Positions 62,544-64,000 of a DNA stretch of 64,000 nucleotides are shown here, one piece after another. Source of the DNA: Phoronis australis (lineage: Eukaryota; Animalia; Phoronida). Below the pieces are notes generated by a model that saw nothing but the letters and a program-made list of their open reading frames with translations, searched no databases and was not told where the DNA came from. The stretch lies in the NCBI GenBank assembly GCA_002633005.1, contig NMRA01000249.1, positions 1 through 64,000 on the forward strand. Direction: 5' to 3'. Within the stretch, counting starts at the first letter, position 1. Every line of letters starts with the position of its first letter. The translations under genes were made by a program, and so were the position numbers.

Positions 62544-64000
62544 GTAAGTCATATTTCATGTCAATAAACAATGGAGGATGGTCATGCGTTGCTGTAGGAA
62601 TTGGGCACTGACGAATTAGAGCATATCCCAGATGGTTTTCAGGTGTTAGATGGGGACTTATTTGTAAGGATAGGTTATTCATGACTGTATGTAATTTATT
62701 CGTTATATAACGATATGCTTTCAGAAGCAAATTAATGTAGCATCACGGTTTTGTAGCTTATGTTTTTGTTTTGCAAATAAGCTTGAAACGGCACACCCGC
62801 TAAGTGGCTGCCTAGGAAGTTATTTCTTTGGACAGTCAAGTTCAAATGTTGAATTACGGTAAGTTGTAAATGGCTCATGTTCAACTAGATAATAATATTC
62901 CGTTGTATAGGCCATGTTCTGCTGCTGCATGGTCATGCAAGTGACTACAGGGTTTTCTTAGGGTTGTTTTAAGAGGGCTTTGTGTCCTCTTTTAGTTTGC
63001 ATTGTAGGTGTCTGATTGCAATCATCTGTCCTCTCCTCTGCCCTCTAAGTTTGTTGGGTTTGTTATTAATAGCTATTTGCTCAAGACATCCAGTCTAAAT
63101 ACTTGTCTGTCACAGTCAGCTGGGTAGTGTGATATGTGACTTTATGGTGACTCAAGACTTCATAAGTGGTTTCTTTTAAGTAGAGTCTCACCTGTATGGA
63201 GCACGTCATTACTTTGTGTGGAAAGGAAAGGTGTGGTTGTTCTTTCCATCTGACGAACCAATCAAAATGCAATCATGATATAAAACACAGAACTTCAATC
63301 ATCTGGTCTGAAGAAATCACTTGCATTAATGGCAATTGATTTCCGTAGAAGAACTGAATGTTCTAGTGAAGTCTGAAGCTGCAGTTGGTGTAATTATGTT
63401 GTATAAAGACTGGGTTGCCCTGTCAGTAGACAATTATGGTTTTTGGTTCTCCTTTCTTCTTATTGATTCTGGGAATGGTTCGTTTGTTATCATTTTATAG
63501 CATGATGTGTACAGGTTTCTAAAACAATCGTATTTTGTGTGGTTGGGTATCCTAGTTTAATGTGTGTCTGAGTTAGTGTGTATAACATTCATCTGTGGCA
63601 TAGGCATGGTTATGATTGGCTAATGTGAATGCACAATCTCAACCTGTGGTCTGGGGTCTGTTTCATGATAAGTGACTTAAGACTTAAAGTCAGAAATTTG
63701 GTCTTACACCACACAAAAATATTTCTGAAAAATAAAATTTGAATATCACTTTAAAGTCTCTGTCAGAAATAACTACTAGTCAGTGACTGTTTAATTTCGG
63801 TAAATTATTTCTAGAGAGTGACACTGTCGTAATTTCTTGGCTAAACCTGTTTTCAGCTATTGGGAAGTGGGAGTGGAAGACTGAACTTCAATGTGAAACA
63901 ATCCCATGATTTCATTATTGTATTTTGTTAAGAAATGTTACCTTTCACACCTAGTAAGTGATTATGCAATAGTAAGCTGTGTAGTTGGGTTGGACTGTGT

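Overview
This is eukaryotic, intron-rich, AT-rich invertebrate genomic DNA (probably mollusc/lophotrochozoan; inferred from gene and repeat types). It holds two divergently oriented spliced genes, both running off the window. (1) Minus strand, ~17.8 kb down to <409: one giant secreted protein, not five separate genes as the ORF track suggests. I reconstructed it exon by exon with GT-AG sites and consistent phases. A signal peptide is split over a 52-nt coding exon and a 23-nt micro-exon. It is followed by at least five tandem three-exon cassettes (85 nt / ~1.42 kb / 41-47 nt, ~3.06-kb period). Each cassette encodes an IgGFc-binding (FCGBP N-terminal) domain flanked by acidic Cys-bridged 'GDxxDNDCDGxxDEExC...DxDGDGxxDEDC' putative Ca2+-binding modules. 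The large exon is phase-symmetric, and skipping it rebuilds an intact acidic module. The copies are near-identical mosaics, consistent with concerted evolution. (2) Plus strand, from 47601: a Neuralized (NHR) domain fused to a Roc GTPase with a ~125-aa insertion (ROCO family; six coding exons visible). A uORF precedes it, and the uORF stop overlaps the start codon (TAATG). The rest is introns and intergenic DNA with several MITEs, a HINE-like composite element carrying CTCF-like motifs, decayed LINE fragments, a degenerate satellite, microsatellites, assembly gaps and one probable haplotype-overlap artefact. No prokaryotic features, RNA genes or CRISPR arrays were found.
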